The translations under genes and the position numbers were made by a program. Positions 27,760-36,734 of a stretch of 64,000 nt of DNA are shown in pieces. Each line of letters begins with the position of its first letter. Positions within the stretch are counted from its first letter, which is position 1. The notes beneath the pieces were generated by a model that was not told the origin of the DNA, did not search any database, and saw only the letters and a program-made list of their open reading frames with translations. Source of the stretch: Actinomycetota bacterium (lineage in GTDB: Bacteria > Actinomycetota > Actinomycetes > S36-B12). Location: the NCBI GenBank assembly GCA_009699015.1, contig WLOY01000002.1, forward strand, positions 334 to 64,333. Reading direction: 5' to 3'.

Positions 27760-28902
27760 CTAGGCCGGCGGCGGGCTGTCCTGTGCTGCCGGCGGGCGCG
27801 CCCTGCACGCTTCGAGGGTGAGCCGGCCCATCACCTGCTGCCACGCCGATGGGGGCAGCCCTGCCGAGATCGACGTTCCTACGAGGATCGCGAGGGAGTA
27901 CGCGGGATCGTCGTTGAGTGCGCGGTCAATGGCGATCGATGCCCGAGCGCCGTCCCCGAGCAGCCACGCGGCAAGCGCCGCGCACGTCGCAATCGGCGCA
28001 ACATAGCCATTGGGAGCCAGTCGGAGCCCGATCAGGAGCCTGTCGAGGCAGCCGTAACGGTCGCTCGCGCCGTTGAGGTGCCACAGCAGCGTGTCCCGCA
28101 CCCGCACGTCGCAAAGCCCGACGAGCAGCGTGACCGTATCTGCATCAGACAAGTCGCCCCCTTCGAAGACCAGTGACATGAGGCGATCCACCTGCTCATC
28201 GCGCCACGACTCGACGGCTGCGCTGCCGCCGTCACCGAGCGCGTCATCGAGCTCCTGCTCCCGATCGACGACGAGAGGCTCGATCCGTGCCACGCCGCTC
28301 GGATCGGGCTCGAGCACCGACACCAGGTCTGCCCTCGACGAAAGCGCCGAGACGCCCCTCACGGCAAACGATGCCGCAACGGCGTTTGCCACGACCGGGT
28401 CGACGGCCCGGCCGGCGGGCGGGCAGCACTCCTCCACGCACAGGTAGCTGCGGAATCGGCCGCCGCTCACCTCGAGGGCATCCCGAACGGCGACGTCCAT
28501 GGCCGCAAGGACTCGCATGACCGCATCGACGAGTTCGCGCCTCGGCATCCGGGGCGCCCCGCCGCACTCGTTCCGCTGGCCAGGGGAGCCCTCCCGCCCG
28601 CCATCTTTGACGGTATGCCCAGCGCTACTGTCGGATGTTCCATCGCATGCGTCTTCGATGACCATGAGCACCGCCTCGTCCGGCTCGTGGTCCCTGAGGG
28701 GTTGCACGAGGATCCCCGCGAACTCCGCGAGGTGGACCCCATCGTCGGTCGCCGGCAGGTCGACTCGCTGGGTGAGGAGGAGTCGTCCCCCCTTCGTCCA
28801 CACGACGACGAGGCTCTCCAACGGCTGGAAGCCAAGCAGGAAGGGCAGTGAAGCCACGAGCTCATCGGGGCCGGTCATCTCAAGCGTTGGCTGCGTCGTC
28901 AT
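27760..28902 (-). CDS. DUF4192 domain protein
   Basis: Internal start MTTQPTLEMTGPDELVASLPFLLGFQPLESLVVVW, a typical DUF4192 N-terminus. Confidence 0.75.
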   Translation of the reverse strand: MTTQPTLEMTGPDELVASLPFLLGFQPLESLVVVWTKGGRLLLTQRVDLPATDDGVHLAEFAGILVQPLRDHEPDEAVLMVIEDACDGTSDSSAGHTVKDGGREGSPGQRNECGGAPRMPRRELVDAVMRVLAAMDVAVRDALEVSGGRFRSYLCVEECCPPAGRAVDPVVANAVAASFAVRGVSALSSRADLVSVLEPDPSGVARIEPLVVDREQELDDALGDGGSAAVESWRDEQVDRLMSLVFEGGDLSDADTVTLLVGLCDVRVRDTLLWHLNGASDRYGCLDRLLIGLRLAPNGYVAPIATCAALAAWLLGDGARASIAIDRALNDDPAYSLAILVGTSISAGLPPSAWQQVMGRLTLEACRARPPAAQDSPPPA

Positions 28903-29142
28903 GAACGCACCCTCGCCGCAGCCGTTGCAGTTCGGAAAGCCGGCGTGGCAGCCTGTGGACGTCCATCCGGTTCTACGCCGGGCTGTGGACGAGACGCCTT
29001 TCATGCAGTTCCCAGGCATGCAAGAGCCCGGCCGCCGAAGGCTTCCCCTCCCGCGACGACCGGGCTCCCAAACTCTAGGGAATGGCGACCGTGGTCCCAT
29101 GACGACACGCCGGAGCGCCGTCGAAGGGATCCGGCCGAAGAA

Positions 29143-30225
29143 TCACGCGGGCTTGGCCGGCCCGGACTTCGCGAAGGCCCGGCCGGCCCGCCTCGTCCAG
29201 GCGAGCAGCGCGAGGATGCCGATGAGGATCTGCGGGACGTAGGACGATGCCCGCCAGACGAGGTCGGCCGCGGTTGCGTCGCCCTTCTCGGCGCCGAGCG
29301 AGATGAGGATCGAGATCATGAGCGCATCGACCGTACCGAGGCCGCCAGGCGTGATGGGGACCATGAGCATGACCTGGCTGATGGCGAAGGCTGCGAACGC
29401 CGCGAGAATCGACGTACCGGGCGAATCCCAGCCTTGCACGCCCCTGAGGGCGACGTACAGGATGAGGAACTGGGCGGCCGAGACGGCTACCTGCGCCGCC
29501 GTGATGGCAGCCCAGCGGCGCTTGAGGACTTCGTACATGTCGCCCCGAAATTTCACAATGGGCGCTACTGCATCGAGATCGTGGAGGGACTTGACCCGAT
29601 TGCGGAGTGGTCCGATGGCCTTGTTGGTGAAGCGTCCGATCGAGAGCGCCAGCGGTTCGGACCTCATGACGAGTACGAAGACGACCACGGCGGCCACGAG
29701 GATGAGCAGGCCGACGATCCCCACCCACGTGTACTGGCTCGATCCGCCAACGGCCGCCAGGGCCACCACCCCGAGGATCGGGAAGCCGAGGCTGACGAAG
29801 GTGCTCCAGACTCCGACCGCGGTGATCGCGGCTGTCGCTGCGGTCGGCGCGATGCTGAAGGACGTGAGCATGCCGAACTGAACCGCGAGTCCGACTGCGC
29901 CACCCGCCGGCACTCCGTTGCTGATCGTGAAGGCGGCCTGGTTCACCTGCTGCGAGCGCCAGTAGTGCAGGCCCGGTGTCACCGCCATGAACGGCAGGCC
30001 GTAGGCGAGCAGGTACAGCACGACCATGACAACGATGAGCCCCATAGCAAGGGTTCCCATCGCTTGAAGGGCCGACCAGGCCTCTCCATAGTCACCGATC
30101 TGCGGGATCACCTTCCAGAAGATGAGCACCATGAACGCAAGTCCGATGCCGCCGAGGATGAGCGACTTCTTCTTGTCCAGCACCGGCGAGCCACTGCCCT
30201 GCCCCTGATCCATCGAGTTCGACAT
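29143..30225 (-). CDS. Lysylphosphatidylglycerol-synthase transmembrane-region (UPF0104, flippase-like) family membrane protein
   Basis: About 8 TM helices with the pattern SLILGGIGLAFMVLIFWKVIP...W and no C-terminal aminoacyl-transferase domain. Confidence 0.7.
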   Translation of the reverse strand: MSNSMDQGQGSGSPVLDKKKSLILGGIGLAFMVLIFWKVIPQIGDYGEAWSALQAMGTLAMGLIVVMVVLYLLAYGLPFMAVTPGLHYWRSQQVNQAAFTISNGVPAGGAVGLAVQFGMLTSFSIAPTAATAAITAVGVWSTFVSLGFPILGVVALAAVGGSSQYTWVGIVGLLILVAAVVVFVLVMRSEPLALSIGRFTNKAIGPLRNRVKSLHDLDAVAPIVKFRGDMYEVLKRRWAAITAAQVAVSAAQFLILYVALRGVQGWDSPGTSILAAFAAFAISQVMLMVPITPGGLGTVDALMISILISLGAEKGDATAADLVWRASSYVPQILIGILALLAWTRRAGRAFAKSGPAKPA

Positions 30226-30301
30226 GAGCGAAGACTGCCATAGCGACCGAATGCCGGGGGCCAGTTCGACGCAGGTTCGAGGGGTTGGCAGTATTCAGGC
30301 T

Positions 30302-30937
30302 ATGCGGCTTGATCACATGTCCTATGCCTGTACCTCCGGGGAACTCGCCGACGTCGTGCAGCGGATCGGATCCGACCTCGGCGCGACTTTCCAGGACGGC
30401 GGTCGCCACCCGCAGTTCGGGACGCGCAACTTCATCCTGCCGCTCGCGGGGGGGTGCTACGTCGAAGTCGTTTCCGCACTTGACCATCCCGCGGCCGAGA
30501 AGGCCCCGTTCGGCCAGGCCGTCTCGCGCCGGGCCTCCGATGGCGGGGGCTGGCTCTCCTGGGTTGTCGCGGTTGACGACATCGCCCCGCTGGAGTCGCG
30601 ACTGGGTCGCGAGGCCCGAGCCGGGCACCGGATCCGCCCCGACGGGCACGATCTCAATTGGAAACAGATCGGTGTCCTCGACGTCATGGCCGACCCGCAA
30701 CTGCCCTTCTTCGTCGAATGGGGCTGCGACACCACTGAGCACCCCTCAGCAGGGGCAGGGCCGGTTTCGGTCGACCGGATCGAGATCGCCGGCGACCCCG
30801 ACACCATCAGCGCCTGGCTCGGCGAGCCGAAGGACCACCCGCTGGACGACATCGAGATCGACTGGGTCGATGCAGAGGATCCGGGGATTGTTGCCGTGTG
30901 GTTCCAGACACCGCAGGGATCCATCCGGATCGACTGA
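30302..30937 (+). CDS. VOC / glyoxalase-like domain protein
   Basis: Internal start MRLDHMSYAC, followed by HP.FGTRN.ILPL and YVEVV, which fit a glyoxalase-like fold. Confidence 0.65.
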   Translation: MRLDHMSYACTSGELADVVQRIGSDLGATFQDGGRHPQFGTRNFILPLAGGCYVEVVSALDHPAAEKAPFGQAVSRRASDGGGWLSWVVAVDDIAPLESRLGREARAGHRIRPDGHDLNWKQIGVLDVMADPQLPFFVEWGCDTTEHPSAGAGPVSVDRIEIAGDPDTISAWLGEPKDHPLDDIEIDWVDAEDPGIVAVWFQTPQGSIRID

Positions 30938-30957
30938 CAGCGCACTGGCCCTTTCTC

Positions 30958-31566
30958 TCAATCCCCGGGAGCAGCGCAGCCGCTCAGGTGATCGTTCACG
31001 ACGCCGCAGGCCTGCATCGCCGCGTACATGGTGGTCGGCCCGACCCACGCAAGGCCGATCGCCTTCAATCGAGCGCTTAGGTCGCGGGAGCCGTCGGTAG
31101 CCGAGGCAACGTCCGCTATGGATCTCGGACGCCTTGGGAGCGGGCTCGGGGCGAAGGACCAGAACAGGGCGTCGAGCGCACCGTCCCCTTCATCGTCCAG
31201 GAGGGAGACCACGGCGCGGGCGTTGCCGATCGTTGCCTCGATCTTCCTGCGGTTCCTCACGATTCCTGCATCGTCCATCAGCCGGTCCACGTCAGAGGAA
31301 TTGAACTGCGCCACCGCCCGCGGATCGAACTGCGCGAATGCCGTGCGGAACGCAGGGCGCTTGCGCAGGATCGTGAGCCAGGAAAGGCCCGATTGGAATG
31401 CCTCGAGGCAGATTCGCTCGAATATCGCAGTGTCGCCCCGGACCGGCCGGCCCCACTCCTGGTCGTGATAGGTGACGTAGTCGGCAGACCCGGTGCACCA
31501 CGGGCAGCGGGCAATCCCGTCTTCCCCGATGACGACTCCGCCGTCGGAAGGCAACTCCTGGGCCAT
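30958..31566 (-). CDS. tag: DNA-3-methyladenine glycosylase I
   Basis: RCPWC, YHD.EWG.P, LE.FQSGLSW and ILRKR motifs are present. Confidence 0.9.
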   Translation of the reverse strand: MAQELPSDGGVVIGEDGIARCPWCTGSADYVTYHDQEWGRPVRGDTAIFERICLEAFQSGLSWLTILRKRPAFRTAFAQFDPRAVAQFNSSDVDRLMDDAGIVRNRRKIEATIGNARAVVSLLDDEGDGALDALFWSFAPSPLPRRPRSIADVASATDGSRDLSARLKAIGLAWVGPTTMYAAMQACGVVNDHLSGCAAPGD

Positions 31567-31574
31567 CGACGGGA

Positions 31575-32063
31575 CTAGCCTCGCGCGGACTCGCGCAGGT
31601 GGATGCCAAGCGACTCGACGATGAGCTCATGGTCGGCAACCTGCGGAAGGCCCGACACGCCGAACATTCCCACCATGCCCACTCCGGCGACCTTGACCGG
31701 CCACCCCCCGCCGTGAGCGGCGAACTCAGCCTCCGGCAGCCCGGTCGTCTCGTTGAACGTGCGGCCCTCCTCCTCGTGCGCCACGCGGACCGCGAGGGTC
31801 GACTCCTCGAATCGGGCGACCACGCGGAACTTCCGGCGCAGCCACTCGTCGTTGTCTGCGGTCGTCCCGGGAAGGGCCGCGCGATAGGCAACCCGCTGGC
31901 CGAGCACGACCTCGATGAGCACTGGCAGGCTCCGGTCGACGGCGATGCCGGTCGCAATGCGCCCCAGGCGCAGCGCATCAGCCAGCGAAAAGCCGGTGAG
32001 TTCGAGCGAATCAGCCTCATCTCGAAGTGCCGCCGAGGAGTATCCGCCGGTCGTTGCCGCCAT
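31575..32063 (-). CDS. UPF0303 / heme-degrading-domain (GlcG/HbpS-like) protein
   Basis: Internal start MAATTGGYSS. The motifs NDEWLRRKFRVVARF and GGGWP...GV.G...VSGLPQ..DHELIV are present. Confidence 0.7.
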   Translation of the reverse strand: MAATTGGYSSAALRDEADSLELTGFSLADALRLGRIATGIAVDRSLPVLIEVVLGQRVAYRAALPGTTADNDEWLRRKFRVVARFEESTLAVRVAHEEEGRTFNETTGLPEAEFAAHGGGWPVKVAGVGMVGMFGVSGLPQVADHELIVESLGIHLRESARG

Positions 32064-32071
32064 GCCGGGCC

Positions 32072-32368
32072 CTATCTCGCCGAGTAGAAGCGGAGCTCGG
32101 TCGGCTCGCGCAGCATGTCTGCGACGGCCGCATTGCCCGCGACGACATGAGCCGCGCCCATGTGTGACTCCCAGTGGGCGCGTGTCGACCACTTCTCGAG
32201 CATGAGCCAGGTGTCGGGCTCGTCATCGCCCACGACCAGGTCGTAGAACTCGCAGCCCGCCTCTGCCCGGGTCGCCGCCATCATGTTGCGCAGCACTTCG
32301 ATGACCTCTTCTGCTCGCTCGGCCCTCGGCTTGATCACGGCCACGAGATACAGCGGTTCCATGATCAC
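32072..32368 (-). CDS. Antibiotic-biosynthesis-monooxygenase (ABM, ferredoxin-like dimeric alpha+beta barrel) family protein
   Basis: 98 aa reading LYLVAVIKPRAE...C..YDL......PDTW.MLEKW....AHWESH, a typical ABM/quinol-monooxygenase pattern. Confidence 0.7.
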   Translation of the reverse strand: MIMEPLYLVAVIKPRAERAEEVIEVLRNMMAATRAEAGCEFYDLVVGDDEPDTWLMLEKWSTRAHWESHMGAAHVVAGNAAVADMLREPTELRFYSAR

Positions 32369-32444
32369 TCCTGCTCAGTTGGGTCTTGCGCCGACGGCGT
32401 TGCGTGATCCTACCTGCGACGCACGATGAAGGGCCCGCGAAGGC

Positions 32445-33215
32445 TCAACGCACTCGGGCGTAGGCCCTCGCTCCGGTGCACCACTTGCACTTGAGCACCT
32501 GCGCTCGAACCCAGGTCCCTGCGGCGAGGGCCGGTGCAATCCGCACGCTGAATGCCCCCTTCGGGCCAACCTCGGGCACGGCCACGTTCGCCCACACGGA
32601 GGATCCCGGCTCCCGCACTGCGATGACGACAATTCCCCCGGCCGCGATGCCGTCTCGCGCGATGACCGCACTGCCGCTGGCAACGATCCTCGATCCGCTT
32701 CGGCTCAGCGAGAATCCGGTGATCGACGTCCTGGCCTGGGTGACGGTGAAGGCCATCGCCGGGAATTCCGCGACGTCGGTTGAGTCCGACCCGATGAAGC
32801 TGGCAGTGCCGGAGAGGACATAGGGCCCGGGGCCGTCGGCGGGGCAGACGTAGACGTAGTCGGTGTAGTTCCCGGTTGCCGGCTCGCTCCGAGCCAGGAC
32901 GAACGAGTCGGCGTTCGAGACGGACGACCCGGGCCTGCGGACCGTCAGTTCACCAACGACGGTGACGTCGGGGCGTCGCTGCCATGCGATCTCCAGCGGA
33001 ATGAACAGGCACTTGGCCTCAATGAACTGCTGGGGCGACCGGAGCGACAGGGTGACCGAGCCCAACGGGGAGGTCACTTGCGTCTCCCGGGTGACGTCGG
33101 TGGCCGGTGTCGCACCGGCGATGGAGGTGGAGCCGAAGCCTGCGAGCAGCAGGCCCAGCGCGACGATCACCGGGCGCGCGATGAGCACCGGGCGGTTCTC
33201 ACTGCGCCGTCGCAC
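32445..33215 (-). CDS. Secreted hypothetical protein (beta-rich, Ig-like by composition)
   Basis: Signal peptide RPVIVALGLLLAGFGSTSIAGA. I recognise no family, and the C-terminus ends in CKWC. Confidence 0.5.
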   Translation of the reverse strand: MRRRSENRPVLIARPVIVALGLLLAGFGSTSIAGATPATDVTRETQVTSPLGSVTLSLRSPQQFIEAKCLFIPLEIAWQRRPDVTVVGELTVRRPGSSVSNADSFVLARSEPATGNYTDYVYVCPADGPGPYVLSGTASFIGSDSTDVAEFPAMAFTVTQARTSITGFSLSRSGSRIVASGSAVIARDGIAAGGIVVIAVREPGSSVWANVAVPEVGPKGAFSVRIAPALAAGTWVRAQVLKCKWCTGARAYARVR

Positions 33216-33507
33216 TCGGACTCCCCTTCTCGCTTTTCGCCACGCGAGCCGCCGGCGGTCTCTCTGGGGCGCCTCGTCCCGCGCAATGCCTCTTCAGCCT
33301 ACGTCAGCATGGGCGGCGTTCCCCCGGCCGCTGACCTCCCTGCGCGGCAGGCGACCCGAATTCGGGCGGGTTGATGTCGCCCTGTGCAGCGCAATCGGCT
33401 CATGACGCAGCATCGTCCCGCCCGCAAGACAATCAGGGACCGGTGAAACCGCATCAGGCTTTCGTGCGTCGTATGGTGCAAGAGGGTGCCGGACGAGGAG
33501 GGCGATC

Positions 33508-34452
33508 ATGAACCGCAAGCAGGGCTCACCGGGTGCGCAGCGGGCAAGGCGATCAACCATGGTGGCGAGTGCGCTTCTCCTCGCCGTCGGCCTGCTGGCC
33601 GCTTGCAGCGGCGGATCCGCGCCAGCCGGGATGACCCCCGGCGTGCCGATGCCTGCCGATGCCGCAGTCACCACGGAATATGGACCAGAAGGGATCCCCG
33701 GGGAGGCCAACAAGGCGGCGGTCACGGCCGAGCAGCAGGTCATCCGGACGGCCTCGGTCTCGCTTCGCGTCGATGACGTGGCCGGGGCGGGCACGCAGAT
33801 CGTTGCCCTGGTCACGGAGAGCAAGGGATTCATCCAGATGCGCGACCTCTCCAACTCCGGGGAAGCCACCTACCAGACGATCACCGCACGGGTCCCCGCT
33901 GACCGACTCGATGCCTTCCTCGCGGAGATCGCCCGCCTCGGCACGGTCGAGAACCTCTCCAGCCAGGCATCGGACGTCACGCAGCAGACCGTCGACCTCG
34001 AGGCTCGCATCGGTGCCCTCACGACCTCGGTCGAGCGGCTGCAGGAGCTGCTCGCCGCGACCGGGAACGTCGCCGACCTCGTGGCCGTCGAGACCGAGCT
34101 CGCGAATCGGCAGGCCGAACTCGACTCGCTCGTGTCCCAGCGCGACTACCTCGCCGATCAGGTCGCCTACTCCACGGTCACCGTGTCGCTTAGCCCCGTG
34201 GTCGAAGCCATCGGGGTGACGCCGCCTGGTTTCTGGTCGGGCCTCCAGAATGGCTGGACGACGCTCGCGACCCTCACCGGGGCGGCGATCACCGCGCTGG
34301 GCTTCCTCATCCCCTTCATCCTCCTGTCCGGCGTCATCGCGGTGCCGATCATCATCGCGGTCTCCGCGGCGAGCCGCCGGCGAAAGCGCGCCAGCCTCGC
34401 ATCCACCGACGCACCCCCCTCGTCGACGGGTTCCAATCCGGGGGCAACCTGA
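33508..34452 (+). CDS. DUF4349 domain lipoprotein
   Basis: Lipobox LLAAC, a coiled-coil middle region (LEARIGALTTSVERLQELL) and two C-terminal TM helices. Confidence 0.7.
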   Translation: MNRKQGSPGAQRARRSTMVASALLLAVGLLAACSGGSAPAGMTPGVPMPADAAVTTEYGPEGIPGEANKAAVTAEQQVIRTASVSLRVDDVAGAGTQIVALVTESKGFIQMRDLSNSGEATYQTITARVPADRLDAFLAEIARLGTVENLSSQASDVTQQTVDLEARIGALTTSVERLQELLAATGNVADLVAVETELANRQAELDSLVSQRDYLADQVAYSTVTVSLSPVVEAIGVTPPGFWSGLQNGWTTLATLTGAAITALGFLIPFILLSGVIAVPIIIAVSAASRRRKRASLASTDAPPSSTGSNPGAT

Positions 34453-34561
34453 CGAATCCCGCCGTGAAATCGCTGGATTCTGCAGCTCGCCCCATGAGCC
34501 GGGACAAACCGCGGAAGGGGTCGTAAGTGTCCTGAGTGACGGGTGGTTCCAAGGAGCCGTC

Positions 34562-36724
34562 ATGCCTCTGACAGACTCCGGTGCGCGAATGCCACCACCG
34601 CGGCCGAAGAAGGACATGTCCATGGGCTCCATCGAAGACGAGCAGGTCTTCATGGACGGCGCCTACGCCACCCTCGAGCGCCACATCGAGTATCTCGACG
34701 GCCGGGTCGCCCGCCTGAGAGCCGCCCCATCCGTCGGCACCGTCCAGGACGAGCTCGAGCGCCAGGCCCAGTTCGAGAACCTCATGCACCAGCTCAAGGC
34801 GGCCCGACTGGCGGGGGCTCGCCTGTGCTTCGGCCGGATCGACACCGCCGCTCATGACTCGTACCACATCGGCCGCGTCGGTCTCCGCGACGCCGACGGC
34901 GACCCGGTGCTCCTGGACTGGCGGGCCCCGAACGCGGCGGGCTTCTACCAGGCCACGACAGTCAATCCGATGGGCGTCACGCAGCGCCGGCGAATCATCA
35001 CGAAGGACCGTACCGTCACGCACGTCGAGGACGAAGTGCTCGCAGACCCCACCTTCGCCTCCTCGGACACCGACGCCGCAGCCGCGGCGGTCGAGGCGCC
35101 CCGTGAGGGCCGGATGGGCGACATCATCGCGACGATCGCAGCCGACCAGGACGCGATCGTGCGGAGCCCGCTCGCCCAGATCACCGTCGTCGAGGGCGGT
35201 CCTGGCACAGGCAAGACGGTCGTTGCGCTCCATCGCGCAGCCTGGCTGCTCTACACCTTCAGGGAGAAGCTCGCGAAGGACGGCGTGCTCGTCATCGGGC
35301 CCTCGACGGCATTCCTGCACTACATCGAGCAGGTGCTCCCGAGCCTGGGCGAGACCGATGTCGTGCTCCTCACCCCCGGGCAGCTCTTCCCCGGCATCAC
35401 GGCGACGCGGAGCGATCCTGCGGCCACTGCAGCGATCAAGGGCGACCTACGGATGACAGCCGTCATCGCCGCCGCCGTTGAGCACAGGCGACGGATCCCG
35501 GACCACGATGTCCCCATCACGCTCGACGACGGGTCGACGATCTCGATCACCGCGCGGCAGCTCGCCGATGCACGCAGGAGCGTTCCGAAGAACGCGTCAT
35601 TCCATGGCGGTCGGGAACAGTTCCTCACCCGGGCCCTGGACTCCCTGGCCAGGGATCGCTGTCGCAGGAGGTCCGAGGACCCGAGTGACGAGGACAATCG
35701 CCACGACGCCCTCGTCGACATCATCGACGATCCCGCGGTCCGGCGAACCCTGAACCTCATGTGGCTGCCGATCAGCCCCGAGCGCCTCGTCCACCTCCTC
35801 CTCACCGACCCCGCGGCCCTCAAGCAGGCATCGAACGGCATCCTCACGGCCGCGGAGCGGCGGGCGCTGACCGCGGTGAACGAGTCGGACTGGAGCGTTG
35901 ACGACGTGCCGCTCCTCGACGAGGCCGCGCACGTGCTCGGCGACTACGCACCACCAAGACCACGGCGGTCGGCCGAGTCCGACGACGGGATGTCGGAGCT
36001 GTCGGTGAGCGATCCCTTCGCGAGCGTCCTCACGACAACGGTCGCAGAGCGGGCGCTCGAGGATCGCGAATGGATCTACGGCCATGTCGTTGTCGATGAG
36101 GCGCAGGAGCTGTCGACGATGGCGTGGCACTGCGTCGCGCGGCGCTCAAGCCGCCGATCGATGACGATCGTGGGCGATCTGCAGCAGACAACCCACCCGG
36201 CAGGGGCACGGGACTGGGACGAGGCCCTTCGCGGCATCGGGGGAACCGTCAGCCTCCATACCCTCACCGTGACCTACCGCATCACGAAGCAGACTGCAGC
36301 GACCGCAGTCGAGTGGCTCACCCGGGCCGGCGGCCAGGCACCCCTGCTCCAGCCCATTCGCGACGGGGAGCCGGCCGACCTCATCACCTGCGCCGAGCCC
36401 GATCTCGCGGCGAGCATCCTCGCCTTCGTCGGCGATGCGGAGGGCCGGGCATGCGTCGTCCTCCCCGACCTCACCTACGCACGGCTGTCGCGGGAGCTCA
36501 GGGGCGTGAGCGATGAGTTCGGCAGCGGGGACGCTGCGTTGGACTCGCCGATCGCCGTGTTGACCGCGCGTGAGACGAAGGGACTCGAGTTCGACACGGT
36601 CATCGTGGTCGACCCGGACGCCATCAGCGCGCAGGCCGCCCGAGGCTCCGACATCTACGTCGCCTGCACGAGGGCGACCAAGCGCCTCGCGCTCGTGGCG
36701 TTCCTGCCGCCCGAACTGGGCTAG
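34562..36724 (+). CDS. helD: HelD-type (UvrD/helicase IV-like) RNA-polymerase-associated ATPase
   Basis: ATG 34562 is preceded by AAGGAG. The N-terminal HelD-specific segment CFGRID...YHIGR.GL.D..GDP.L.DWRAP is present, with Walker A GGPGTGKT, Walker B VVDEAQE and the C-terminal KGLEFD..IVVDP. The 5' part of track ORF 34250.. overlaps DUF4349 in another frame and is rejected. Confidence 0.8.
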   Translation: MPLTDSGARMPPPRPKKDMSMGSIEDEQVFMDGAYATLERHIEYLDGRVARLRAAPSVGTVQDELERQAQFENLMHQLKAARLAGARLCFGRIDTAAHDSYHIGRVGLRDADGDPVLLDWRAPNAAGFYQATTVNPMGVTQRRRIITKDRTVTHVEDEVLADPTFASSDTDAAAAAVEAPREGRMGDIIATIAADQDAIVRSPLAQITVVEGGPGTGKTVVALHRAAWLLYTFREKLAKDGVLVIGPSTAFLHYIEQVLPSLGETDVVLLTPGQLFPGITATRSDPAATAAIKGDLRMTAVIAAAVEHRRRIPDHDVPITLDDGSTISITARQLADARRSVPKNASFHGGREQFLTRALDSLARDRCRRRSEDPSDEDNRHDALVDIIDDPAVRRTLNLMWLPISPERLVHLLLTDPAALKQASNGILTAAERRALTAVNESDWSVDDVPLLDEAAHVLGDYAPPRPRRSAESDDGMSELSVSDPFASVLTTTVAERALEDREWIYGHVVVDEAQELSTMAWHCVARRSSRRSMTIVGDLQQTTHPAGARDWDEALRGIGGTVSLHTLTVTYRITKQTAATAVEWLTRAGGQAPLLQPIRDGEPADLITCAEPDLAASILAFVGDAEGRACVVLPDLTYARLSRELRGVSDEFGSGDAALDSPIAVLTARETKGLEFDTVIVVDPDAISAQAARGSDIYVACTRATKRLALVAFLPPELG

Positions 36725-36734
36725 CGTGGCAGGC

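Noticed and set aside
27751-27775. 14-bp perfect palindrome CCGGCCTAGGCCGG at the DUF4192 stop, considered as a regulatory dyad
   Set aside because: It includes the stop codon and can only form a 5-bp stem with a 4-nt loop. It is most simply a weak terminator or chance GC-rich palindrome, with no second copy in the window.
34250-34561. 104-codon upstream extension of the helD track ORF
   Set aside because: It overlaps the 3' end of the DUF4349 gene in another frame and is Ser/Arg/Pro-rich. A strong AAGGAG SD precedes ATG 34562.
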